A stretch of 64,000 bases of DNA from Schizosaccharomyces osmophilus (Eukaryota): the NCBI RefSeq assembly GCF_027921745.1, contig NC_079240.1, positions 1,364,001-1,428,000 of the forward strand, written 5' to 3'. The notes beneath the pieces were generated by a model that saw only the letters and a list, made by a program, of their open reading frames with translations, searched no databases and was not told where the DNA came from. The number at the start of each line of letters is the position of its first letter. Position 1 is the first letter of the stretch. Below, piece by piece: positions 11,300 through 23,200 of the stretch. The position numbers and the translations under genes are program-made.

Positions 11300-12774
11300 A
11301 TGTCTGCTGTTCGCACTTCTGTGCCTTGTCAAGAACTAAATCGACTCCAACTCGACTTACATCAGCAGACCTTCAGTCAGCAATATTCAAGCATCTACTT
11401 TGCCCGGCTAACTGCTCTTCGTCCAAAAGTCGTCCATGCCGGTCGCAAGAGATGGCCCAACCATCCCGAACTGAGTCGCGTTTTGGATGTACGAAATGAT
11501 CAAAACTGCTGGGTCATCGGTACCGCCTACATGACCTCCAACTTGAAGCCAAATGTTATGGACGATGTCACTCAACTTCACACCATCGTCACCGCTTCCG
11601 AAAATTCTCCCTATGTCTCTCTCGAAAACGGCGACGCCAACGATATCCAATATTCCCTCGAGGACAGCTATGGCCGTGTCGATTGTGCTGGTTCCATCAT
11701 GTACGACGCCGGAGTTGTCACCGGTGTTGTGATGGCCGCTCTTGGTCATGAAGATGAGGCTGGCCGCTTCGTTGTTATTGACGTGTGCTTTCCCGAAACC
11801 ATGCCCCCAACCGACTCCATACCAATGTCCATCGACCGGAAAGAGGACGCTGCTCCTGAATTTTTAGCCGTCGTCAGTGGATTAGGTCTTTCCAACGACG
11901 GTATTGAGGGAATCGGTCTGCACCAAATCGTCGACTACCTTCGGGGTGCTCTTCCATCCATGAGTTCTTCCTTTGATCCCACCTCCATCAAGCGCTTCAT
12001 GATCCTTGGTAACTGTCTCGCTCCAGCTATGGAAATCTCCGATTCCTCCACTCCCTCTGTTCCGGTTGGAAAGAAAAAAGTAAAGCGTTATGGGTATGAT
12101 ACGTCAAGCTATAATCCAAATCCGACTATACAGCTAGATGCCTTTTTACATCAACTTTGTTCCGTGGTAGATGTAACCCTAATCCCTGGTCCCTATGATT
12201 ACAGTACAAATATCCTTCCTCAGCAGCCTCTTCATCCAGCGCTCTTACAAAATGCAAAAGCATGGATTGGAAGTTCCCTGCAAACAACTACAAATCCTAC
12301 TTGGCTTTCTATTCATAACAATCTGACGCTTGCAAGCAGTGGACAGAATATCGATGATCTTCGTAAATATCACCCTTACAAGTCCTCCTTGCAATTGATG
12401 GAAAATACCATTTTATGGAATCATATAACCCCTACTAGTCCTGATACTCTATGTAAGTTGTTTTCTTTTGTGTTTTTTTCTCATATTTTTCTCCTTCCAT
12501 TACTAATTATGAATTTTTAGGGTGCTATCCATTTACTGACCGAGATACTTTTGTCATGGACGAGTTGCCAAATCTATATTTATGCGGAAACCAACCAAAA
12601 TTCGGTACAAAAATGATCCAAAGTCAGTCCAAGTCCGTCCGACTCGTATCCGTTCCAGAGTTCCGTAAAACTGGCATTATAACGTTAATTAATCTCAAGA
12701 ACTTGGATGTACGTGCATTAGTATTTCCTCGAAAATCAGACATATCTGAAGTGACCACGCCAAACGTTGAATAA
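11300..12774 (+). CDS. cdc1: DNA polymerase delta small (B) subunit; exons 11300-12452, 12521-12774
   Basis: [63 protein letters not shown]; intron GTAAGT..CTAAT..TAG. Confidence 0.95.
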
Positions 12775-12859
12775 TAGTAATGATTAGATTAATAACGTAT
12801 GGGATACCTAGTTCATGTACCTAGTCTTTGAATGAAAGTTTCGGATATTGATGAATTTA

Positions 12860-14485
12860 TTATGAATGCTGGTGTCTTTTTTGAAATAAATGATTTTTTT
12901 GTTTTTTCCCAATATTAAATTGAGTAGCAATGAAGGTATCCTTTGTGTCTTTAAAGTTGCGGTTTTCTTTAGCAACGCCTAATTGATCCAAAAGTTCTGA
13001 TGACTTCTTGGGCATAATGCTTTGAAAGAGTATAGCACATATCCGTAATGTATGAGCTGTGAGCATCAAAACATCTGTTCGAGCAGGCGAATCGCTTTCT
13101 AAATTCCAAGGCTCACTTTCTTGAAACAACTTCGTGACCGAACGTAAAGTACTTTGTATGATTTCAATGAAAGCATGCATTTGTCCTTGATGTACATAAG
13201 CGGCACAAGCGTCTGGTAGTTGAGAAAGATGATTTATAAATTCTTGATGTTTGTCTCTCTTAATCGAAGAAGACCAATTTTTTTGAGCTTCTTCACTTAC
13301 ATACAGTTTTTTTGATTGTATTCTGGATGTAAGCACACCCAAATTTCTTCGTAAATCATGCTCGTAATCTTTTTCTAATCCTTCAATCTCAAAGTTTGAA
13401 TCCGAAGTTAGTCTCCCTTGTTTTAATAGATAGTACTTGACAATCTCCTCCCCGTAGTTCTTTATAAGTTCAAAAGGATCCACGACGTTTCCAAGGGATT
13501 TTGACATTTTCACTTTATTCCTTGTCCAATGTGAATGAACGAGTATCTGTTTCGGTAAAGGAAGCCCTGCTGCCATAAGAAAAGCAGGCCAGTAAATACA
13601 ATGAAAGCGGACAATGTCTTTTCCTATTATATGGACATCAGCAGGCCATCCTCCACTTGCAGGGTCTGACGAGGTCCATGGATATCCAGCGACGGTTACA
13701 TAATTTACTAAAGCATCTAGCCAAACATATATGGTTTGAGAATCGTCGTTTGGAACTGGGATTCCCCAAGATAAGCGGGAGCGAGGTCTCGAGATGCTAA
13801 GGTCTTGAAGGCCAGATTTTAGTTCGGACAAGACCTGGTTATGGTATATGGAAGGCTGAACAAAATTGGGTTGTTGTTCGTATAATTCGATAAGTCGTGA
13901 ACGAAAGGAGGAGAGCTTAAAATGATAATTCATTTCACTAGACCATTGCACCTGTTTCCCTGTTTCTATTGATACTAGCTTTTCTTCACCCGTCGTTTCG
14001 TCCACGATCCGCTGAAGAGCTGACTCGGGATAAAACGTTTCGTCGCTCGTAGAATACCAGCCTTCATGATGCTGGAAGTCGATGTATTCTTTTTCTCGTA
14101 GCTGATTCCAAAATCCCTGAACAGCTGCTGCGTGTTGTTGATTAGTTGTCCGAATAAAATGGCTATATGGGGTATTTGCAAGGACAGCTAAGTCCTTGAA
14201 TCGTCGTGAATTTTCAGCACAAAGGTCCAAAGGATGCTTATTTTGTTCTTGGGCAACGGTTTGAACTTTTAGTCCATGTTCGTCTGTGCCAGTGCTGCTA
14301 AACACCGGTCGGTCTGTTCTTAAAAGTTTTTGAAACCGAGCAATGGAGTCACACAAGACTAAACTGTATAGATGGCCTAAATGGGGTGCGGCATTTACAT
14401 AGAAAATAGGTGTTGTTATGAAAAAAGGTTTTGTTAAAGACTGCAAACTAGGAACGGTCACCTTGAAAGGACCCTTTAAAAACAT
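12860..14485 (-). CDS. msm1: Mitochondrial methionyl-tRNA synthetase (likely start ATG 14485)
   Basis: ITTPIFYVN, HLGH (HIGH) and KMSKS motifs, YVWLDAL, GKDIVRFH; presequence-like N-terminus. Confidence 0.94.
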   Translation of the reverse strand: MFLKGPFKVTVPSLQSLTKPFFITTPIFYVNAAPHLGHLYSLVLCDSIARFQKLLRTDRPVFSSTGTDEHGLKVQTVAQEQNKHPLDLCAENSRRFKDLAVLANTPYSHFIRTTNQQHAAAVQGFWNQLREKEYIDFQHHEGWYSTSDETFYPESALQRIVDETTGEEKLVSIETGKQVQWSSEMNYHFKLSSFRSRLIELYEQQPNFVQPSIYHNQVLSELKSGLQDLSISRPRSRLSWGIPVPNDDSQTIYVWLDALVNYVTVAGYPWTSSDPASGGWPADVHIIGKDIVRFHCIYWPAFLMAAGLPLPKQILVHSHWTRNKVKMSKSLGNVVDPFELIKNYGEEIVKYYLLKQGRLTSDSNFEIEGLEKDYEHDLRRNLGVLTSRIQSKKLYVSEEAQKNWSSSIKRDKHQEFINHLSQLPDACAAYVHQGQMHAFIEIIQSTLRSVTKLFQESEPWNLESDSPARTDVLMLTAHTLRICAILFQSIMPKKSSELLDQLGVAKENRNFKDTKDTFIATQFNIGKKQKNHLFQKRHQHS

Positions 14486-15417
14486 AAAGGAAAATGTTGT
14501 AGTTGCTTTGCGAAGACAGATGGGCCAAATCTTGGTGTAGTACCACACAATAATAAGAAAAAGAGACAAGAAAGAGCTTTCAAATATACTAATAATAAAC
14601 AGGACCCTGTTTAGGTATGAATTTGTCTACGAAACGCCTTTTTAAGATTTAGAGGTTCAGTCTTTGGGATAAATTTCAATGAAAGGAGTCTCGTAAGCAA
14701 ACCCTTTTTAAAAAGAGATATTTAAGGGTTCCTTTTTTTTATAAGTTTAGTAAAAGAAGTATTGAAAGATTATCAAATGCACACATACAAAAGAAGGTAC
14801 TTTGTTGAATAAAAGGAAAATTGAAATAAGGAATGAAAACATTGTATTTTACATGGATAATTCAACAATTTTTTTAGATGGATCTGTGCGAGTTAACGAC
14901 TATGTATAACGGTATTCTTTACAGCTTACAAACAGCATATCAAATAAATACTTCTTTCAATGTTAAGAAAAGGAGATTATACATAAGCACTGCTGAAAGA
15001 CGGTTAATTCCGAAAAACACAATCCTTGACTAAATATACACATATTTTGAACCACTGAACCTTTTCAAGAAGAATTAGATAGATATTTTAATTATCGTTA
15101 TTTAGCAACAAGTATTTACAACGTTAGTGTACAACTCCTTTATTATGTGAAAGACTTTATTTCCATTCCTTAATTGTTTATTTACTATAGAGCCCTCTTA
15201 GAATACGCTATTTTACATCAAATAATTTGGTATTTCTCGCTAAGCTTAGATGTTGTCTAAGACATATCAGTTCACTTAACCCACACCTTTATTTTTTTCC
15301 AAGGAGTCAGCATTGTGAGAGAGAAAAGAAGTATTCCATAGCGTATCCATCAAATTTTACAAAATTGTGGATATTTATGGTTAATTAAGGCGGGTGGGTT
15401 TTCTTGTATGCTCAAGT

Positions 15418-16590
15418 ATGGACGCTGGTAAGCCCCATTATGGACTTGTTATATGGAAACTGCTAAAGTTTGCTATTCCTTTCATCCTTATTTTTGCAGT
15501 TATACTTGGTTTTTTTAAATCTTATGGGATCGACAGCTTTTCTAATATTCAACTTCGTCTCCAGGAAAAGCCGTTTATCTATGAAGAATGGGGTGAAAAT
15601 GCATTTTCGTACGCTACCGACCGTAATATAAATCCTTACCAAAAAGTTTCTTGCGTGAATGAAGTAGATCGGAATGGAGGATGCGAGCGCCTTCATTTTC
15701 ATGAAGCTCATACTGGGTCCGATTTCCTTGAAGGTCACGGTCATGACCCGACGGCCAAGATAATTGAAGACTGGAATTACAAAATCCCAAGAATTATTCA
15801 TACAATAATAACGGATGACAACACGTACTCGTCTCAGTTTACAGAATTTGAAGTCGACATCCGTTACAGACATCCTGACTGGGAATATGTGAAATGGTCG
15901 GAAGAGAATATGGAAAGATTAATTCATAGGAACTTTCCTTCTTTCCTGAATTCATGGAAAATGCTCAACCGCCCGGCTAGACATCAGTGGGCAACATTGA
16001 TGGGTCTTTACGAGTACGGAGGCCTTTGGGTTTCTCGTTCCTTTCAAGCTCTAAAAAACTTTGATCATGCGATCCAAATTGCTGAAAGATCTGCTTTACT
16101 TAATTCTAGAAATTATTCTAATCCCAACCTAATCGAATATCACCCTTTATTCATGGCTCCAAAATCTCTGAAGTATGATTTTTTTATGGCCTCTCCAAGA
16201 CATCCTTTTGTTTTGTCACTAATCAAGGAACTTTACGAATCAAAAGTACCAGAATCTTTATTGAATAGACGTCTCTTTCAAGGACTTTCAGAATTTTCAA
16301 ACTTTATGGCATTGAACTCCACGAAGATGTATGACAAGACATATATCATTAAAGAATTTTATCTTAAAGACAAGAAGAAATTTGTGGAATATAATCCGCA
16401 TATCATCAATCTCCCTGACCATGCTTTCGCTACTAGTTGGTCTCATCATTCGGACGCAGGATCATCAGACATCTGTTTCCTTGACAATGGTATGTTTGAT
16501 CCTCAGTATTGTGTGGATAACGTTCTGAATATGAAAGGAACTGAATGGGGCGTTTTCTGGTTACCAGTTTACGATCTTTTAGGAATCTGA
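15418..16590 (+). CDS. pvg2: Pvg2-like type II membrane protein (glycosyltransferase-like; pyruvylated galactose synthesis)
   Basis: N-terminal TM helix, IPRIIH, LYEYGGLW and HPF GT32-like motifs; position between msm1 and mak2. Confidence 0.8.
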   Translation: MDAGKPHYGLVIWKLLKFAIPFILIFAVILGFFKSYGIDSFSNIQLRLQEKPFIYEEWGENAFSYATDRNINPYQKVSCVNEVDRNGGCERLHFHEAHTGSDFLEGHGHDPTAKIIEDWNYKIPRIIHTIITDDNTYSSQFTEFEVDIRYRHPDWEYVKWSEENMERLIHRNFPSFLNSWKMLNRPARHQWATLMGLYEYGGLWVSRSFQALKNFDHAIQIAERSALLNSRNYSNPNLIEYHPLFMAPKSLKYDFFMASPRHPFVLSLIKELYESKVPESLLNRRLFQGLSEFSNFMALNSTKMYDKTYIIKEFYLKDKKKFVEYNPHIINLPDHAFATSWSHHSDAGSSDICFLDNGMFDPQYCVDNVLNMKGTEWGVFWLPVYDLLGI

Positions 16591-17208
16591 TTATTCTTTC
16601 TTTCTTGCATACGTTTACTTTGTTTAATTATAATCATTATCATCAGCTTCAAAGTCCTTTTCTAGGATAGTCTACCCCTTGTTATCATTTTTTCTTTATT
16701 AATTTTGTTTCCTCCCACATTTGCTTTTATTTTGTCGTGAGGATTCCTTGCAATATTTCTGTCTTTTTTTTTTTTTATTTTTTTGTTCATGAACATTATT
16801 AGTTATTTTTTATTATCAAACCCACTTAAATTCATATTTTTGTATTTATCAATACGTATGTTGAAACATTTAAGTCTCATTTTTTCCATAGTAATTGTAA
16901 TCGGGTTCGATTTCCTTCAACCTGCTTATTGAATACTTTCTTTGACGTAAATACAAGTCTATACTCCATCAATAACAGTTCTTGCTAAATTCAACCATTT
17001 TATTTTTGTTTTTGTTTACTCATAAATATTTAGACTTTGCAATCCGTTAGATATCTTAATTTAAATACCGCCGTCGGCGATAATCGGCAAAGCGTAGTAT
17101 TATTTACGTGAATTACATGGATGACCACTTCAATTCGAAAGGATGTAAAAAATTTGTATTTGGATTATTACCCTATATTAGTATTTTTTAAATGTGAAGT
17201 AAGAAAAA

Positions 17209-20200
17209 ATGAGTGGTATAGAGCTTTTGAATACAGCAATCGATGCTGCAGTTCCAGAGTTAAGCGATTTTACACTAATTTCAAAAAGGGAGAAATCAAA
17301 CCCTTGTTCTTTATTAACGGCAATATTTATAAAAGCACTACACAAGGCAACGAAAAAAAAAGTTGTCCTTAAATTTTCCTTGCAAATTGCCAAGCTCGAA
17401 AATGAGTACTTTCTGTTGCGTCAGTTATCGTCTTTCTCGAAAGGCGATAGCTATGCCATACTTCCAAAATACAGACTCCTTTTAAATAAGTCTGTGGGAG
17501 TACTCGTATTTGATGATCCTGGCCCTGATCTCGTGAAGGATTGGTTGTCTGATTCGCGTCCCGTGGATTTACGGTTATTTTATAAATACGCTTTGGCAGT
17601 ATGTCACACGCTATCTTTTATGCATGATAAACAGTTTGTTCACGGAGAAATTCGTCCAGACTCTTTTCATTTTAACACCGACAATCCTATTCATGCTAGA
17701 CTGTTGACCATTGGAACCAGTGTTTCACCAATTCGTTTTACATTGTCATCGTTAAATTGGCAAAGGCTATACCAGGTTGACGATATTCGCCATAAGCTCC
17801 AGTTCTTTAGTCCAGAACAAATTGGCAGTGTGAGTCGACCATTGGACAGCCGTTCCGATATTTATTCTTTAGGTGTTGCATTTTATGTCTTGTTGACAAA
17901 GTGCTACCCTTGGGGTGGAAAACCAATGCGCATAGTTCAATCCATACACACTCGACAGTTCCCTTCAGTCTTGTCCCGACGCCCGGATTTACCAATAGCG
18001 CTTGATAATCTTATACAAAGGATGACCACCAAGTCTATCGAGGAACGCTATAGTGACACTGATGATCTTTGTGCTGTTTTCTACGAGCTTTTGTTACACC
18101 ATTCAACTTCTCATAATCCGGTTAGTCCAAAACTCAATGACTCTCTGTTAAATTTTAAAAGTAAAAAACAATTGAGTTTCCCTAAACTTATCCTCTGTAA
18201 TCCCTCTGATTACGTCCGAATATTTCAAGAACTGGCTTGCTTTTCCTCAAAACGCGAGGTTTTCACAAGCGGAAAAAACATGTTACGAATTAAGAAAAAG
18301 CATTTGTTCAAGAATTCTTCTGTCCAAAATGAAGCTACGTATTGTCACATTCTTACTGTTACTGGTGAAAGAGGCTGCGGCAAAACAACCTTGTTAGAAT
18401 CTATTGCAGTGGAGGCAAGGAAGTTTGGTTATTTTGCGATGTGTTCTTTTCAAAGTATTCACGCTTCTCCTTTTTCTGCGGTTTTTAATTGTGTCTCACA
18501 AATTTTACGTCAAGTGCTTCGTGAAGAGAGGGAGACAGTTATAAATTATTTTTCTTCTCTTTGGGAGTTTTTAGGAGAAGAACTTGTCTACATGGAACCA
18601 TTATTTAAATGTGTTTCAGAGCTCAATTACCTTTTATCTCCGAAATACAATTTTCATTGTAAACATGAAAATTATATAAAATTAAAGCAAAGAGATACTC
18701 AAGAAATAAGAAGTGCTAGTGGTTGCTTGGGTTTTATTGTCTGTCTTCTCGAAATTTTAAGTTTCACTTGCCGCATAAGATCTACCATTATTGTTTTAGA
18801 TGATCTCCATCTGGCTGACAGTTGCTCTTTAACACTTATTCGTGGCATAATAGCTCACAAATTACCAATCTTGATGATATTGTCCTGGGGTGATCATCTT
18901 GCTATAGATAATCTTCCGCCGTATATTAATGAGATGCCGCAGGCTATGGTCACTCATATAAAGATGAAGCCTTTTGATCAAAAACATATAACTAATTTCT
19001 TAAGTTATTACTTGCGGTATCCCACTCAAACCTTAGACCCTTTAGTTCAGTTAATACAGGGCGTAACACGTGGGAATCCTTTGATTCTAAAAGTTGCTTT
19101 GAATATTGCTCATACCAATGAATGCTTTAAATTTAACGAAAAGACCAATTCCTGGTCATATGATCTGGAGTTAATAAAGCAAAAATTTAAAACTCTGCCT
19201 TCGTTTGAGTTACCGCAAGTCATTTCGAGTTATTTGGAAGATGCATTTCCCGAGAAAACTAGAAAGTTTTTAACTTGGGCAGCTTTACTTATTGCGCCCT
19301 TTTCATACGAGTTCTTGCGCCTGGTAACGCAACCTCTAGGCTTATTTATCCCCCTAGTGGAAATACTTGATTTTACTCTTCCGATTTTCAGATTTTCTGG
19401 GAATGGAATTAATTGCAAATTTACTTCTGGTAATTTACGGGAAGGTTTTTTGTCAAGTATTAGCGCAGGGCAGGCAGAAACGATGCACGCTCACATAGCC
19501 CATGCGTTGATTGAAGGAGAAGCAAAAGAGTTTTTCAAAAATGATGGTGTTCATCATATCCTAAAAGGTTTGGGCGTTATCAAAAAGTCCTCAAACACAA
19601 AACCCTACATTTTGGCGATGCAAATTGTATCTGACCATTTAGTTCAATTTGGAGCGTACATGTATGCTAAGGAACTATTGAAGGCTTGTTTTTTTCTTTT
19701 ACCAAAGAAACCATCTTCTCTAGGTCTCCTAAATAGCCATGAAATGGTAAGGCTGCGGATCGGTATAGCCATGTGTTATTGGTGGAACAAAGATAATAAA
19801 CATTCTTATGCTATTTTACGTAATATAAACTTGGAAACTGTTTCCATATCTGAATACCTTCCGGCATTGAGACTTTTGGCGAAAATTGAATGTTACCAAG
19901 GCAGATCGGAAAATATTATCGAGAAAGTCATTACGATTTTGGACCGACTGAATTTTCCATTCGAGAGAGATTTAAACGAAGATGTATTAAACAGGTTATT
20001 TGACGACTTATCTTCGAAGTTTCTTTCGTGCAGCTTTGAAGTCAAGCGCCGCGAGCCTATTGATCCAGAAAAGATCAGCATAATATCTACGTTGCTTTCT
20101 GATATCTACTTTATTTTGTTCAATGCTTCCCAAGAGTATTACTATTATTTTTCTTTTCTACTTGCAAAACTTTACTTGGAGTACGGCGATAGTTCTCTTA

Positions 20201-23200
20201 GATATTCGCTCATCTTTTTGGCTTCATACAGTTTTGTTAAGAGAAGGAGACCAGAAATTTTTTTGATGGTTAATGAACTACATTTGTCAGTTCATGCTGT
20301 ACGGGGGAGAAGTGCCAGCATTCATGCGGAGCTTTTACATTGGATGATGCGTAATGAACTTGATATGTTTCAGGAAAATCCAAGTATAAGAAATTTAACT
20401 TTAGAAGGAATTTTACTTCGTTGCGTTATTTTTGGTGACAAAATATATGGTTCTTATGTGTTGGCACGCTTGACAGCAGAACGACTTTTTCGTGGAGATC
20501 ATATACACCAACTTTTGCTTGACCAAGAAAATGCAGAAACATTATTACTTTTATGGGAGGTTGAAAAACCATTCAACCATTATCTATTTCTTTGTCGAAA
20601 CGTATTGTTGGCACTCTTTGGTCTGACTAACAATAATGACCCTAATAACATTCTCTCGACAAATCAGAAGTCTCAGGAATCCTTGTCTGAGGAGTTCTTG
20701 TTTAGGAAGCCGTCTACTTTTTGTACTTGGTATTACTCGAGCTTAATCTATTTATGTACATTATTTAAACATAACGATTATGTGGTAGATATTGCTTCAG
20801 AATTTCTAAAAGTTTCGGACTGTAAGATACTGGAACAATTCTATAAACTAGTGAGAGGATTTATTGGGCTTTGTGCTGCACAGGTTCTGTACAAGAAACA
20901 AGACATGTCTGAAGACGAGAGACACAAGGTAACATTGTTGTTAAGCAATGTTTTGGATGCAATGAAGGATTTTGCTTACAATTACAAATTAAAAAGTTAC
21001 TTATTATGGGTTTATTTTCTGCAAGGTATGATTTACCGAAACGAGGGAGATTTTATGAGCGCGGCAAGAAACTTTGAGATCGCTATAGATGCCGAGCATC
21101 AAGGATTCTCTAAAATAGAATTGGCTCTATTGTTTGAAGTTATCGGTGAGTTTTATTTCACGGCTTCTTTCACGTATCTTTCGAAATCTTATTATTTACG
21201 AGCTCTTAACCATTATAGAGACATAGGATGCTACGGCATTGAAAATAGGGTAAAGGAGTTGCTTTCCGAAAAGTTTTCTTTTTCACTTAATCAACCGGTG
21301 TTTTCATCTAAATCCACGACGATGGATAGTGTTTTCCAAGAAATACCCGAGTTATTTCAGAAAAAAGACATCAACGATTTCAGTCTCACATCGCATGACT
21401 TTTTATTTCAGAAAAAGGAAATTGATTTTCTTGCGAGTTGCGATACAAGTATTGAGCGCAATGAAGGCGACAAGGAAATTTATCACAACTATGAAAATGA
21501 GGATGGACACTTGGATATTGTTTCTCTTATATCGGTCATTAAGTGCGGGCAGCTTTTGTCAAGTAAACTAAGACTTGTGTCTTTACTAACTACGGTCATA
21601 AAACTGATTATTGAATATTCTCAGGTCGATTTTGCTGCAGTAATCTTACAGAGTGACTCTCAGTATGTATTATCAGCCTTTGGTAATTCAGAGTATAGTG
21701 AAGCTTTAGAGCCGTCTCTACCTTTAAACGAATCAGATATTAAAATTCCGGAAAGCATTTTGTCAGACGTTTTCACCAATGCACGCATGGTTACGCTTGA
21801 AAGTGTATCGAAGTTAGAAGATGACATTATTATAAAATGGCTTCAGGAAGAGCACAACTTGAATTCTTTTATGATTATACCATTGCAGTTTAAAGACAGT
21901 GTAATAGGTGCCTTATATCTTCAGCTTCCCCGTAATTTAATGCACCTTGGAAACGTAATATTTCTGAAGCTTTTGTCTCAGCAAATTGCGATAAGCATAT
22001 CAAATGCTCTTCTTTTTCAAAACCTTCGTCGAACAATTACTGACAATGTTACGCTGATTGAATCTCAACAGCTTTCATATCAAACGTATAAGAATATTGA
22101 AGAACAATGTATAACGTTATTGGATTCTCTTCCCTGTATTGTTTGGACTTTGGACTCTGAAGTAGGAGAAATAGAGTTCACAAATGCTTCCAAACATGAC
22201 TATTTCGAAACGGTGGACATTAACGGGTCTCTTAGCTGGAAGAAATTTATACATCCGGAACAACATGCATTTTTTCAAGAGAAACTTGAAAATCTAAAAA
22301 GTGAGGAGTTTGGTGAACTTGAACTTTTCTTGAAAAAAAATGGCAGCTTTCATTGGCATCTATGTCGTGGTTTGCCTCTGCAAAGAGGTTCGTGCAACAC
22401 GAAATGGATTGTAGTCTGCATAGATATTAATGATGAAAAAGAAGCCAGGGAAACTGCTATACGTGCTGTGAATTTGAAGGCAAATTTCTTAGCGAGTATG
22501 TCCCACGAATTACGAACACCTTTTTCAAGTTTTTATGGTATGCTTTCATTACTTAGTGATACCAAGCTCAGTGATGAACAGCATGATATTGTTTCTACTG
22601 CTAAACAAAGCTGCACTTCATTAGTCCAAATCATTGACGACTTACTAAATTTTAGCGAGCTAGAGTCTGGGAAAATAAAACTTGAACCTAGCAAAATTTT
22701 TGATGTCGAAGAAAATATTGCGGACTGTATTGAGCTAGTATATCCTTCGATAGCAGATAAGCCTGTCCAAATCTCGTACGATATTTACCCAAATGTTCCT
22801 GCTCTTTTGGCTGGTGATGTGGCCAAACTAAGACAAGTAATTACAAATCTTTTAGGAAACTCTGCCAAATTTACTAATGAGGGTCATATTCTCTTACGTT
22901 GTTCGATGAAAGATGACCCAGAATTGTCGGAATCTGATTATTATTTATATTTCGAAATTGAAGACACTGGAATTGGATTAAAACCAGATCAGATGAAACT
23001 TTTATTCAAGCCTTTTACTCAAGTTGATGGTAGTACTACTCGAATTTATGGCGGTTCTGGTCTTGGACTATCAATTTGCTTAGAAATCTGTAAAATAATG
23101 GATGGCAATATTGGTGTCAAATCTGTGTATGACGAAGGATCCACATTTTGGTTTTACGTGCGATTAAGTAAAGTCACTTTTGAATTATCCCGTGAACATT

